Source: Flaccisagitta enflata
Taxonomy: Eukaryota
Reading direction: 5' to 3'
DNA length: 64,000 nt
Assembly (NCBI GenBank): GCA_965153355.1
Contig: OZ231126.1
Coordinates: 27,900,001 to 27,964,000, forward strand
A model generated the notes under the pieces. That model was given only the letters and a program-made list of their open reading frames with translations. It was not told the DNA's origin and ran no database searches. The position numbers were made by a program, and so were the translations under genes. Positions 14,657 to 26,100 of the stretch are shown one piece after another. The first letter of the stretch is position 1. Every line of letters starts with the position of its first letter.

Positions 14657-17352
14657 GGGTAAGACTCTTTTGCTCTAGCATAATCTCTTGGAAATCGATT
14701 GCAACTTCTCCTTCCTCGTTCAAGAGACGCTTCTGTGGCAGTGACTGAGGAATTTAAGGCCATTCATTTTTTTCTCCTTCCCCTTCCTTCCTCCCCCCTC
14801 TAGATTCCTTATGTCCAACGTTTCATGTATCTTTTTTTCCTCCTACCAATTTGCAACTATTCAGATTAAGTCGGTGGGCCTGTCACGTTGTGATGAGGGT
14901 CAAGTTATTCAATGCATGCACGCGACTCATTACATTCAGCTACTCATAACTACCCCTGCCCATGATTGAGATTTGTTCGCTTACTTTCACTCGCTATAAA
15001 TCCAAATAGAAATATTTCATTATTAATCAAACGCAATACATGTATTCATTTTACATTGTCCGTCTGTCTGATCTGTCTCTCTCTCTCAATTTGTCTCCTT
15101 CAATTTGTCTCCCGCAATTTTTCTGTTCTCTAATTTGCCCGTCTCTCAATCTGTCTGTCCCTCAATCTGTCTCTCAATCTGTCTCTCAATCTGTCTCTCA
15201 ATCTGTCTGTCAATCTGTCTCTCTCAACCTGTCTGTCTCTCAACCTGTCTGTCTCTCAACCTGTCTGTCTCTCAACCTGTCTGTCTCTCAACCTGTCTGT
15301 CTCTCAACCTGCCTGTCTCTCAACCTGCCTGTCTCTCAACCTGCCTGTCTCTCAACCTGCCTGTCTCTCAACCTGCCTGTCTCTCAACCTGCCTGTCTCT
15401 CAATCTGCCTGTCTCTCAATCTGCCTGTCTCTCAATCTGCCTGTCTCTCAATCTGCCTGTCTCTCAATCTGCCTGTCTCTCAATCTGCCTGTCTCTCAAT
15501 CTGCCTGTCTCTCAATCTGCCTGTCTCTCAATCTGCCTGTCTCTCAATCTGCCTGTCTCTCAATCTGCCTGTCTCTCCATCTGCCTGTCTCTCAATCTGC
15601 CTGTCTCTCAATCTGCCTGTCTCTCAATCTGCCTGTCTCTCAATCTGCCTGTCTCTCAATCTGCCTGTCTCTCAATCTGCCTGTCTCTCAATCTGCCTGT
15701 CTCTCATCTGCCTGTCTCTCAATCTGCCTGTCTCTCAATCTGCCTGTCTCTCAATCTGCCTGTTCTCAATCTGCCTGTCTCTCAATCTGCCTGTCTCTCA
15801 ATCTGCCCGTCTTCACTGTCTGTCTCTCAATCTGCCTGTCTCTCAATCTGCCTGTCTCTCAATCTGCCTGTCTCTCAATCTGCCTGTCTCTCAATCTGCC
15901 TGTCTCTCAATCTGCCTGTCTCTCAATCTGCCTGTCTCTCAATCTGCCTGTCTCTCATCTGCCTGTCTCTCAATCTGCCTGTCTCTCAACCTGCCTGTCT
16001 CTCAATCTGCTCTGTCTCTCAATCTGCCTGTCTCAATCTGCCTGTCTCTCAATCTCTGTCTCTCAATCTGCCTGTCTCTCAATCCGCTGTCTCTCAATCT
16101 GCTCTGCTCTCAATCTGCCTGTCTCTCAATCTGCCTGTCTCTCAATCTGCCTGTCTCTCAATCTGCCTGTCTCTCAATCTGCCTGTCTCTCAATCTGCCT
16201 GTCTCTCAATCTGCCTGTCTCTCATCTGCCTGTCTCTCAATCTGCCTGTCTCTCAATCTGCCTGTCTCTCAATCTGCCTGTCTCTCAATCTGCCTGTCTC
16301 TCAATCTGCCTGTCTCTCAATCTGCCTGTCTCTCAATCTGCCTGTCTCTCAATCTGCCTGTCTCTCAATCTGCCTGTCTCTCAATCTGCCTGTCTCTCAA
16401 TCTGCCTGTCTCTCAATCTGCCTGTCTCTCAATCTGCCTGTCTCTCAATCTGCGTGGCTCTCAATCTGCCTGTTCCTCATCTGCCTGTCTCTCAATCTGC
16501 CTGTCTCTCATCTGCCTGTCTCTCAATCTGCCTGTCTCTCAATCTGCCTGTCTCTCAATCTGCCTGTCTCTCAATCTGCCTGTCTCTCAATCTGCTGTTC
16601 TCAATCTGCTGTCTCTCAATCTGCCTGTCTCTCAATCTGCCTGTCTCTCACCCGCTCGTCTCTCAATCTGCCTGTCTCTCAATCTGCCTGTCTCTCAATC
16701 TGCCTGTCTCTCAATCTGCCTGTCTCTCAATCTGCCTGTCTCTCAATCTGCCTGTCTCTCAATCTGCCTGTCTCTCAATCTGCCTGTCTCTCAATCTGCC
16801 TGTCTCTCAATCTGCCTGTCTCTCAATCTGCCTGTCTCTCAATCTGCCTGTCTCTCAATCTGCCTGTCTCTCAATCTGCCTGTCTCTCAATCTGCCTGTC
16901 TCTCAATCTGCCTGTCTCTCAATCTGCCTGTCTCTCAATCTGCCTGTCTCTCAATCTGCCTGTCTCTCAATCTGCCTGTCTCTCAATCTGCCTGTCTCTC
17001 AATCTGCCTGTCTCTCAATCTGCCTGTCTCTCAATCTGCCTGTCTCTCAATCTACCTGTCTCTCAATCTACCTGTCTCTCAATCTACCTGTCTCTCAATC
17101 TACCTGTCTCTCAATCTACCTGTCTCTCAATCTACCTGTCTCTCAATCTACCTGTCTCTCTCTGCCCCTCAGGATGCTCCGGCAAGTCCTCGTCGACTGC
17201 ACCCTGGATCTAGTCATCGTCGTCGACCGGCCATCAAACGTCAAGGATCTTCCGCTTCTGGAGGTAGTTGGGGTGGGGCGACGGCCGACACCGCAGGTTA
17301 CGCCGGAAGCGCCAATGCTAACAACGACGAAGAGGACGAGGTCTATTTATGA
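2530..17352 (+). CDS. CARMIL: CARMIL/LRRC16-family capping protein regulator, 3' part (14 coding exons; 5' PH/LRR exons lie upstream of the window)
   Basis: Phase-consistent GT-AG exons: 2530-2721, 3027-3119, 3338-3403, 3737-3794, 5502-5773, 6577-6694, 6859-6965, 7781-7882, 9161-9253, 11089-11343, 11590-12312, 12889-13044, 13471-13553, 17173-17352 (TGA); about 830 aa. The motifs occur in CARMIL order: CPI-like LPRLDAHQPLVHAGKGRPRPVKNRR, CSI-like DEDVGQKDVENFY, basic/aromatic membrane-binding KKGRSWWPFKSKEK, GGFLAEMKGRK (cf. vertebrate CARMIL LLAEMKAK), a Pro/Ser-rich tail and the C-terminus EEDEVYL*. Individual exon choices are manual predictions. Confidence 0.8.
4930..5290. repeat. 16-bp minisatellite (AATCAATTGGTCGATC)n
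   Basis: About 22 tandem units in a CARMIL intron. Confidence 0.95.
5835..6433. mobile_element. Tc1/mariner-like MITE
   Basis: TIRs ACAGGGTGTGCAAAATTATCCGCACT / AGTGCGGATAATTTTGCACACCCTGT, flanked by TA on both sides. Confidence 0.85.
9538..10908 (+). mobile_element. HINE/Helentron-like non-autonomous element with ~168-bp internal tandem repeats
   Basis: 5' hairpin GTCCTCGACG..CGTCGAGGAC and 3' subTIR GTCGAGGACT near 10883; inserted in T runs; repeat units start at ~10312 and ~10480; 18-bp repeat at 10743-10862; homologous to 53273-54995. Confidence 0.7.
9581..10087. mobile_element. MITE with TGCTTCRCATAGCAAAAGT TIRs
   Basis: TIRs at both ends; an inverted second copy lies at 28910-29710. 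Confidence 0.8.
12550..12832. mobile_element. Small degenerate TIR MITE (TA-flanked)
   Basis: TAGGGCAGAGTGGTGTAAAATAATGGGTCACCTGGG versus CCCAGGTGACCCGTTTTACCCACCACCCCCTA. Confidence 0.55.
14369..14482. repeat. 16-bp minisatellite (TTGTCAGTCTGTGTGG)n
   Basis: About 7 units in two sequence variants. Confidence 0.85.
14563..14652. repeat. (CT)n microsatellite
   Basis: Direct reading. Further (CT)/(GA) runs at ~21428-21485, 21863-21947, 28262-28337, 29903-29966 and 61570-61773; (CA)n at ~22420-22548 and 54596-54679. Confidence 0.95.
15140..17162. repeat. ~2-kb 16-bp minisatellite (TCTCTCAATCTGCCTG)n
   Basis: About 125 units with variant blocks (AACC/TCTG at the 5' end, CTACCTG at the 3' end). 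It ends at the acceptor of the last CARMIL exon. Confidence 0.97.
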
Positions 17353-19090
17353 GCCGTATTAAGGTTAATGGAATTAGAAGTTCGGATTATATTAAATCAG
17401 CACTCCAGATTTTCTACGCCCCACTACGCTCCTTCTCCCCCTCATTCCTCAATGTTTCTTCTTCCCCCCCCCCCTTCTCTTCTTCCCCTCTTTTCTATTT
17501 CCCCTCTATCTTGTTTTTTCATCTTCCTATTTTCCCTTTCGTAATTCGCCTTCTGCCGTGGCTCTCTGGTCTCTGCAATCTCCATTTTCCCTTTAATTCT
17601 TAATCGCTTCTTTTTTATCGATTTGATACACGATAAAGAATCCAAAAAAGGCTAAAATGTGTGGGGATACAAGAAAGTAGTTGGACTTCAAGTAATAAGT
17701 CAATTAATGAGTCGTCGCAGAACTATTTGTGTTTTACCCGGTTCTGTTGTCTCGCAAGATCCAATCCCAATCAATGAGTCATTCAAAGGTGATTGTCGCT
17801 TTTATAGTTCTAGTTGTTGAATTAGGAATGGAGCCTTTACATAAATTATGATAGTGGAATTTCAAAATCAATTGCCAATGTGTTAATGGTTCTAAAATAA
17901 AAATCGCTTTTTTTCGAGAAAAAAAATCTTAGCGAATATTTCAAGAGCTAGTTGGATTAATTCGAAATTTAGTTGCTGAAGTTCACTATGCGTTGTAGGA
18001 CAAAAGATGAACGCCATTGAACAACACATAGCCAGTTAACTCATGAATCATCAAATTGTTGTTTGAACAAGGGCCTGATACACAACTACCCGAGTCGCGT
18101 GTGGATGGACAGGGGCAGTCATGAAATACTCTTCACTAAGTATATGGGCAGTTGTGCAAAAAACGCCGATCAACGCTGAAAAAAAAGTGTAAATGACCGA
18201 CAGCTAGACCAAGGGCATTAATGCGAAAGCCGCTCGTAAACAACGAAAAAGCAGTGTGACTGATGGACGGACCGACAGATTAACAGACATGTCGGGTTGT
18301 TGAGTCGCGCGCACGCATTTAAATTTCATTAACAATCTCGCGTGGTAAGGATTCCATGCAACGCTTACAATTAAAGGATTGTGTCCGACTGCCCTGCTGG
18401 GAGTAACAGGGTCTTGAAATGTGCAAAACGCGTGATCTAATTTCATCCACCTGTCACAAGACCAATTAAAGGGTGGGGAATGAGCTTAGTCTGTCAGGAA
18501 TTTTTCTCTGGTCAATATTTGGGACGCTACCGCTGCATATCTCAAGTCAGAAGGCTATATGAGGTCAAAATACCAAAATGAGAAAATTGAAAATCTGATG
18601 GCAGGTTCAGATTCCTTGCAAAAAAAAACTGACTATGCCAACATGTGGCGTTATCTGACAGATACTTCATTTGATTAATATAAAAGACTAACAAGTAACA
18701 ACAGTGACAAAAACGAAGAAAATGACGACAACAAGGACAACGGCAAAGGCGACAACAGCGACAAAGGCAATGATGGTGATGATGTCGAAGATCGCGATGA
18801 TGGCGATGATGGCGACAATGGCGATGATGGCGACGATGGCGACGAAAGCGACAATGGCGACCATGGCGACCATGTCGATGATGGCGATGACGGCGGCAAT
18901 GGCGATGGCGATGAAATCATCATCGCCATCATCACCATCATTGTCATCATCGCCATCATCGCCATTATCGCCATCATCACCATCATCGCCGTCATTGCCA
19001 TCATCGCCGTCATCGCTATCATCGTCAGCGTCATTGTCATCATCGCCGTCGTCGCCATCATCGCCATCATTGCCATCATCGCCACCATCG

Positions 19091-19674
19091 CACTGTGCTC
19101 TGAAAACATATCATAGCAGGACAAAAATATAAGCCCGCATAAATAGATGATTATTTTGGTCAAAAAGTATGCGTTGATATGTTGACATTGTATGTATATA
19201 AGGTTTTGCCCGCTTCCCGAATCATTTAATAGTCCCTTTCAGCTATTGAAGTCAGATGGTAGCATAAAAATGACCGCAAAATTTTCCTATTTTTTCAAAA
19301 ACAGAATTTTCAAAAATGCAGTTTTTTTTAGATGCCTCTTCTTGTACATGCAGCAGCGCCACCAAATTTTTAACATATCATATTCAGGCTATCTTTTACC
19401 TTATTCATAAATATCAAATACATCTGTGAAGTTTAAGAGGCACTTTTGATACTTTTTATGATAGGATGTTGACACAAGTTAAGAAAATCAAAAATGAGTA
19501 AAATGGCGAATTTCAACATCAAAAAAGTGGTATTGAATGGGTCGGGAAGCGGATAAAACCATATATATTCTTCATCAGTATGACAAACTACACCAGTTTC
19601 ACATATTAGTATCAGCCAAAAGTGAGTGCGTAATTTTTTTTTGTCCCAAGGTGATGTGCTCTCAGAGCATAGTG
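19091..19674. mobile_element. Transib/RAG-like non-autonomous element with RSS-like TIRs
   Basis: 5-bp TSD CATCG (19086-19090 / 19675-19679). Ends are CACTGTG-23nt-ACAAAAATA and (reverse complement) CACTATG-23nt-ACAAAAAAA. Confidence 0.85.
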
Positions 19675-19836
19675 CATCGCCACCATCACCACCATCAGCC
19701 ACCTCCAGCCAAAATCGTCCTCATCGCCTCCATCGCCACCATCGTCTCCAACTGCCACTGTTGTAAACATTTTTGTCAACATATTGTCTCAATCATTTTC
19801 ACCACCTCCATTGTTGTAATTAATACGCATTATGAT

Positions 19837-21426
19837 TAGAGGTCGACCGAAGGTAGGTAAACCGAAGCCGAACCGAAGCCGAAGTTGACAGTGACTAACT
19901 GACCGAAACCGAAACCGAAGTTTACCGAAGTCAGAAACCGAAGTTATTATTTTTTAGTTTTACGTAACGCTACCTCGCTTTATCTGTCAATTGGTCCGCA
20001 TTTTTCTTGGGTAGCGTTTTTTAAGCATTTTAAGTTCACTGCTCCAACTTAAATGCTACAGTACCTTTCCCCATCATTGCCCTTGCCTATCTGTAAGTGA
20101 TTAGAGTACCACTTTGTGTATCCGGCTTTTTAGTCATTTTGGTCATTTTTGGTCATTTTCGGTCATTTCGGTCATTTCAGACATTATGGTCATTTTTGGT
20201 CATTTTTGGTCATTTTTGGTCATTTTTGGTCATTTTTGATCATTTTGGTTATTTTTGGTCATTTTTGGTCATTTTTGGTCATTTTTGGTCATTTTGGTCA
20301 CTTTGCATTTTAGCATTGTCTTTAGGTGTTGGCTAGTTTAAATCGGCTGGGTTAAATTGGCTGGTTTAAGTCTGCTGGGGTAAGTCTGCTGGTTTAAATT
20401 CACTGGTTTAAATTGGCTGGTTTAAGTCAGCTGGTTTTAGTCTGCTGGTTTGAGTCGGCTGGTTTAAGTCTGCTGGTTTAAGTCTGCTGGTTTAAGTCTG
20501 TCTGTTTGCTGGCTGGTTCAAGCTCTGCTGGTTCAAGCTCGCTGGGTTTGAGTCTGCTGGTTTAAGTCTGCTGGTTTAGTCTGCTGGGTTAAGCTCCGCT
20601 TTTAAGTCTGCTGGTTTAAGTCTGCTGGCTTGTCCGCTGGTTTCCTGCTGGGTTTAAGTCTGCTGGTTGAAGTCTGCTGGGTTTAGGCTGCTAGTTTTAG
20701 GTCTGCTGGTTTAGGTCTGCTGGTTTAAGTCTGCTGGTTTAAGTCTGCTGGTTTAAGTCTGCTGGTTTTAAGTCTGCTGGTTTAAGTCTGCTGGTTTAAG
20801 TCTGGTTTAAGTCTGGTTTAAGTCTTGTTTAAGTCTGCTATAAGTCTGGTTTAAGTCTGGTATAAGTCTGGTTTGAGTGTGGTTTGAGTCTGGTTTTAGT
20901 CTGGTTTAAGGCTGGTTTGAGTCTGGCTTGAGTCTGGTTTACGTCTGGTTTAAGTCTGGTTAAAGTCTGGTTTAAGTCTGGTTTAGGTCTGGTTTAGGTC
21001 TGGTTTATGTCTGGTTTATGTCTGATTTAGGTCTGGTTTAGGTCTGGTTTAGGTCTGGTTTATGTTCTGGTTTTGGTCTGGTTTAATTCTGGTTTGAGTC
21101 TGGTTTGAGTCTGGTTTGAGTCTGGTTTGAGTCTGGTTTGGGTCTGGTTTAAGTCTGATTCTCGATAAAAAGATATAATTAGGAGTCAGGCCAGTTCAGT
21201 TATTTTTAGTCGCGGACACGCGACTCTAGATCTTGCCGTGTCGGTCGGTCGGTCGGTCGGTCGGTCGGTAACATAACGTAACATTTCTGTTTTCCGCTCC
21301 TGCCCACCTGTCCGCGACTGGATTGCCGTGTATCCGGCCTTGTTGTCCTGCACGCGACTTATAGGTGTTGGCCTTGTTTTGATTATATTGAATAAAAAAT
21401 GTTAAAAAAATATTTTCTTTTATGCA

Positions 21427-21487
<61 letters not shown>

Positions 21488-21860
21488 AAAAAGACATGGA
21501 AAAAAAAGAAAAAAAAACAAAAAGAATTTCATAAAAATAGGTATAGATTTTAATTATCAGAAGATAAAACTCATAAAAAAAATACTATATTATTTTCTTT
21601 ACGTTAATAGGTTAAGTTAAAGAAACAAAAATCAAATTCTATACAAAATCTATTTGTTAACCTTTTTTCAATTGTAACAGGAGATATAATGAAATATTTT
21701 TCACTAACATTAATTTTTGAAAAAATTTTAATATATATTTCTTAATTTCAAATCAGGCATAGGATTTTTTCTTATAATTTTTCTTATGTAATTATTTATA
21801 CTTGTACCTGTGTTTATGATATTTTTTCTTATTGTTTTTTTTGTGCATATATGTCTCTTT

Positions 21861-21930
<70 letters not shown>

Positions 21931-22453
21931 ACTCTCTCACTCTCTCTTGCATAATTGAAGTATTTTTCTTTTAAAAGAACAAGGCCAACACCTATAAGTC
22001 GCGTGTGAGACATAAATAACTTAAGATGACTTTTATTGACTCAAGATGACTTAAAATGACTCAAGACCACTTTAAATGACTTAAAAAGACCTAAAATGAT
22101 AGAAAAGACTACTTTTACCTATTTGACTTAAGTGACTCAAAATAACTTAGAATAACTTAGAGTGACTTAGAATGACTTAGAATGACTTAGAATGACTAAA
22201 AATGACCTAAAATGTCTTGGAATGACTAGAAATAACTTAAAGTATAACAAAAAAGTAAAGTGTGACAGACAGACGGACCGACGGACAGACAGACCGACAG
22301 ACGGACAGACCAACAAAGTGGGTTGTAGAGTTGTGTGCACGCGACTGAAAATAAGGGCAGTGTCCTGACCCGAAGGTCGAAGCCGAAGTTAACCTTCAGA
22401 CGATCCCTAAACATGCGCGCACACACACACATACACACACACACACATGCGTG

Positions 22454-22540
<87 letters not shown>

Positions 22541-22896
22541 ACACACACAGGGACAGACGGCACGGACAGCCTGAGATCAACAAACAACACCAAGGAATTT
22601 TTTTTTTAAAGAAGAATTGATTTACACCAACATTGTCAAGGATTTAGTTGCAAGCGAAGCATCAAGTCTCGATCGCGATCGGCGATCTTTCCTTCTTTTG
22701 ATAAGGAAAGGGGGGATTGATCTCATTTGTAAAGGAAGCATGAGCATGAAAAGTAAACAAAACATCAAACTTCGGTTTATTGACCTACTGAATTCGGTGA
22801 CCTACTGATAACTGACGACTCCGGATTCAGTGACGGAGCTGGGAGAGTGATCCGTTCAGTAAAAACAGTTCGAACCGGAGGTTCGGTCGGTCTGTA
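19837..22896. mobile_element. hAT-like non-autonomous element bloated by satellites and HINE-like inserts
   Basis: 8-bp TSD ATTATGAT (19829-19836 / 22897-22904); imperfect TIRs TAGAGGTCGACCGAA / TTCGGTCGGTCTGTA; subterminal AACCGAAG repeats. Confidence 0.8.
20130..21160. repeat. Adjacent minisatellites: (GGTCATTTTT)n, (GGTTTAAGTCTGCT)n and (GGTTTAAGTCT)n
   Basis: 10-bp units at 20130-20300, 14-bp units at 20340-20800 and 11-bp units at 20800-21160. Confidence 0.9.
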
Positions 22897-22979
22897 ATTA
22901 TGATCATTATCATGGTTAACCTGAGAAGATTCTTTTCTCATATGAACAAAAACATTTTGATTACAAAGATTCAGACAGC

Positions 22980-23190
22980 GGAGGACTCTCAGACTACTCT
23001 CAGACTACTCTCAGACTACTCTCAGAATTCTCTCAGACTTCTCTCAGACTTCTCTCAGATTACTCTCAGACCACTCTGACTACTCTCAGACTACTCTCAG
23101 ACTACTCTGAGATTACTCTGAGATTACTCTCAGATTACTAACAGATTACTCTCAGATTACTAACAGATTACACGCAAAACCCCTCAGACT
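22980..23190. repeat. 11-bp minisatellite (CAGACTACTCT)n
   Basis: Direct reading. Confidence 0.85.
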
Positions 23191-26100
23191 ACACCACAGG
23201 TTGGCCATGATTCAAAAAAAAATTTAAAAAAAAAATGTCTTTTTTTGACATTCCAACTAAAATCTGGTCTAATCTGATATCAAAGGTCATATTTGGGTCA
23301 AATTTGCTCTTTCCTCTAAAATTCGGTTTATTTCAACGTTGAAGATGATTTTGACTATGTTGCAGATGGAATATCAAAAAAAGGAAGACACTTTCTTTTA
23401 GCAGTTTTTTACAAGGATTCTGAATATGCATTTCCCATGTTGAAATTTTGACCTCATATGGCATTTTGACCTGAGATATGCAGCGGTAGCGTCCCAGATA
23501 TTGACCAGAGAAAATTTTTGACGGACTGATCTCATTCCCCACCCTTTGGGCAAGGGGGAAAAACTAACCTGATTTGACCTTTTTCTTCCATTTGGCGATG
23601 TAAACAATCCTCATTTTGTCGTAGGCCCATTCCTTCTCGTACCGTGATCGGTCACACCACGACGCCAAACTTTACCTAATATCTATCACTTCCCTCCGAT
23701 GTAACAAGCTAACTGATGTTTGGCATATCTGTGACCGAATTTGCAATACATCACTGACTAGCTAGCTGATTGCAAATGTAGATTGAATATCTACAAACTA
23801 AAGCTTGGCTCGACTCAAATAAGACAAAGGAAAACTATCAGATTGGCTTTATGCAAATAAGGATTATGTTATCCATTTCCTAGCATCGATATCCTTCTAG
23901 CATTAAACCAAACTGAAAACAATCCTTATCAACTCGTGTACTAAAACATAATTGAAATACAAATGAAAAGCAAGAATTTTCATGCGCCAGGTCTTCTGAA
24001 GTAACATGAGGATGATCTCTCATCTTAAAACGATCTAAAACGATGTAAAACCAGGTAAAGCCTGAAAAATAAACATTTAAGGTAGTGATCCAGTGAAGAA
24101 GTGGAGAGAGAGCAGGGCAGTGGCCCCAAAGGGTAGATGTCCTGTAAAATACAAGGGGGAATTTCCAGACGTCCTGAGGGGGCATATTTCGGGCCTTAGA
24201 TGACTGAGTAAGGCGACTGAGAGCATATTTGAAGGTTGGAGGGCAGAATTAGGGCTTGGAGAGCAGATTTGAGGTTTGGAGGGCAAATTTGAGCCACGGA
24301 GGGCTGATTTGATGCTCGGAGGTCCGGAGAGCTGATTTGAGGTCTGGAGATCAGATTTGAGGAAGTGGGGGGGGGGGCTGATTTAAAGCCTGGAGGACTG
24401 ATTTGAGGCCTGGAGGACTGATTTGAGGCCTGGAGGGCTAGGAGGGCAAACTTGAGGCCTTGATGGCCAACCGGGGGGGGGGGACAAAAGGATGGACAGA
24501 TGGACGTCCGGAAATTCCCCCTTGTGTTCTACAGGACATCGGCCCTTTGGAGCTTGGATCTGTGCCTTGGGGCTTGGATTTTGGCCTAAAGTCGGGATAT
24601 GGGTTGTAAATGTTTATATTGTTCAGGGTTGTATCCGTGTTTATGCGACACCCAGGGCACACTGACTACGGACCTGTCTCTTGAGGGATCCAGACTTGTA
24701 GTGTCTTGACTAATTGTGCACTGTCCAACTGTGTAGACAGCGTCTCCGTGCGTGTACCCGTCGCGGTGTGGTAGAATGACTAACTCGCTTGCACAAGCAG
24801 CCAGCTCTACATCTGTCTCTTGAAAGGGTTTCTTACTAATTGACTTCTTAGCTTGAAGAGATGGGAGAAAGGATAACTGGATAATCTTGACGTCGATGTT
24901 TGATTATTTTGTACGGCATAAAGTGCAACAACTGTGGTGTGATAGACGATGAAAATCATCGTATCACTTTTCGTACAAAATATCGAAGAATCAATCTTTG
25001 TGATTCACCAGTCAAGTTCGACTTTCGTTGTATTTATTCACAAAACCAAGAATCTATTGATAGAGCTATTGATGTGGTTGGTAATTTATGGAATCTAATG
25101 AATGGAAGAAATGAAATGCGCTTGGAATGAGTAGTAATGGGACAGGTAGTTTGTAGTTCTTGTCTTTGTGCGGTTACTTATGTAGCATGTACAATTATGT
25201 GATCATAATTAGACATATCGAATCGAATATCAGCAATTCACTACCAACAGACTGATTGACGATTACCATCACACCTATTTATCACAAATGAGGTAATAAA
25301 ACATCAAGCAAAGTATTGCGAAATGTGTAAGCAATCAAATTGTAATCTATCTACTATCTAGGCGGAAAAAATCTTTCGACCTGTAACAGAAATGTATTCA
25401 TTGATGTATGAATGAAAACAAATCAGTTACAAATCCAACAATAATTAGTGGGAGCTCCCTTTGACTGAATCAGGGCCGCCCTTGGTTGGGGAAGCGATTT
25501 GTAGAGCTTCTTGAGGTACTCTGGAGTGAAGGCCTTCTGGATCTTTCTCGCGATTTAGTTTTATCTCTTCTTTTGCTACATTTAGACTTTTAGCTTCCAC
25601 AAGACTCATCAAATCATAGAAAATTCGGTGACATAAATGAAACCCTTCGAATTTGCAAGCAGGCAACGCAAACCGCATCTGTCTAGCTCAACGCGTTGAG
25701 AAGTAATGAAAAAAGAGTAAAAGTGAGACCATCAGAAGATTGAGCTAAAATGGCAAAAGCGAAATTTCAATCAAAGTTTTAAAACTTTTGAACGGAAAAA
25801 GCTAGAGATGCTGTTTGCGTCACTCATGCAAATTTGAAGGGCTTCAATTAACTCACCGATTTTTTGATGATTGGTTGATCCTAACCAATTACCAAAACGG
25901 AAAATGTGTAAGTAACCATCCCATCCTTCAAGTAGTAAAATAGCTAAGAGTATTCTTTTTTATAAAACTACAAATGACGTCATAAGCTAATAAGCTTTAA
26001 ATGTACGGAAATCATCATGTAGAAGCTACTGATAGACTACAAAAGATCCATCACTTAAATACGTAAATAGCTATGGACAAGCTTGCCTGGACAGTTCGAA

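Larger units (their letters stand above)
18470..23545. mobile_element. Long-TIR non-autonomous element (Kolobok-like) enclosing several nested elements
   Basis: About 100-130 bp inverted termini AGGGTGGGGAATGAG..GGGACGCTACCGCTGCATATCTCA. TTAA precedes the left end, but the right flank reads TTGG, so the TSD is not intact. Confidence 0.6.

Noticed and set aside
15040-17352. 770-aa and 702-aa ORFs (SLNLPVSQSACLSICL repeats)
   Set aside because: They are translations of a stop-free 16-bp minisatellite. Only 17173-17352 is a plausible exon.
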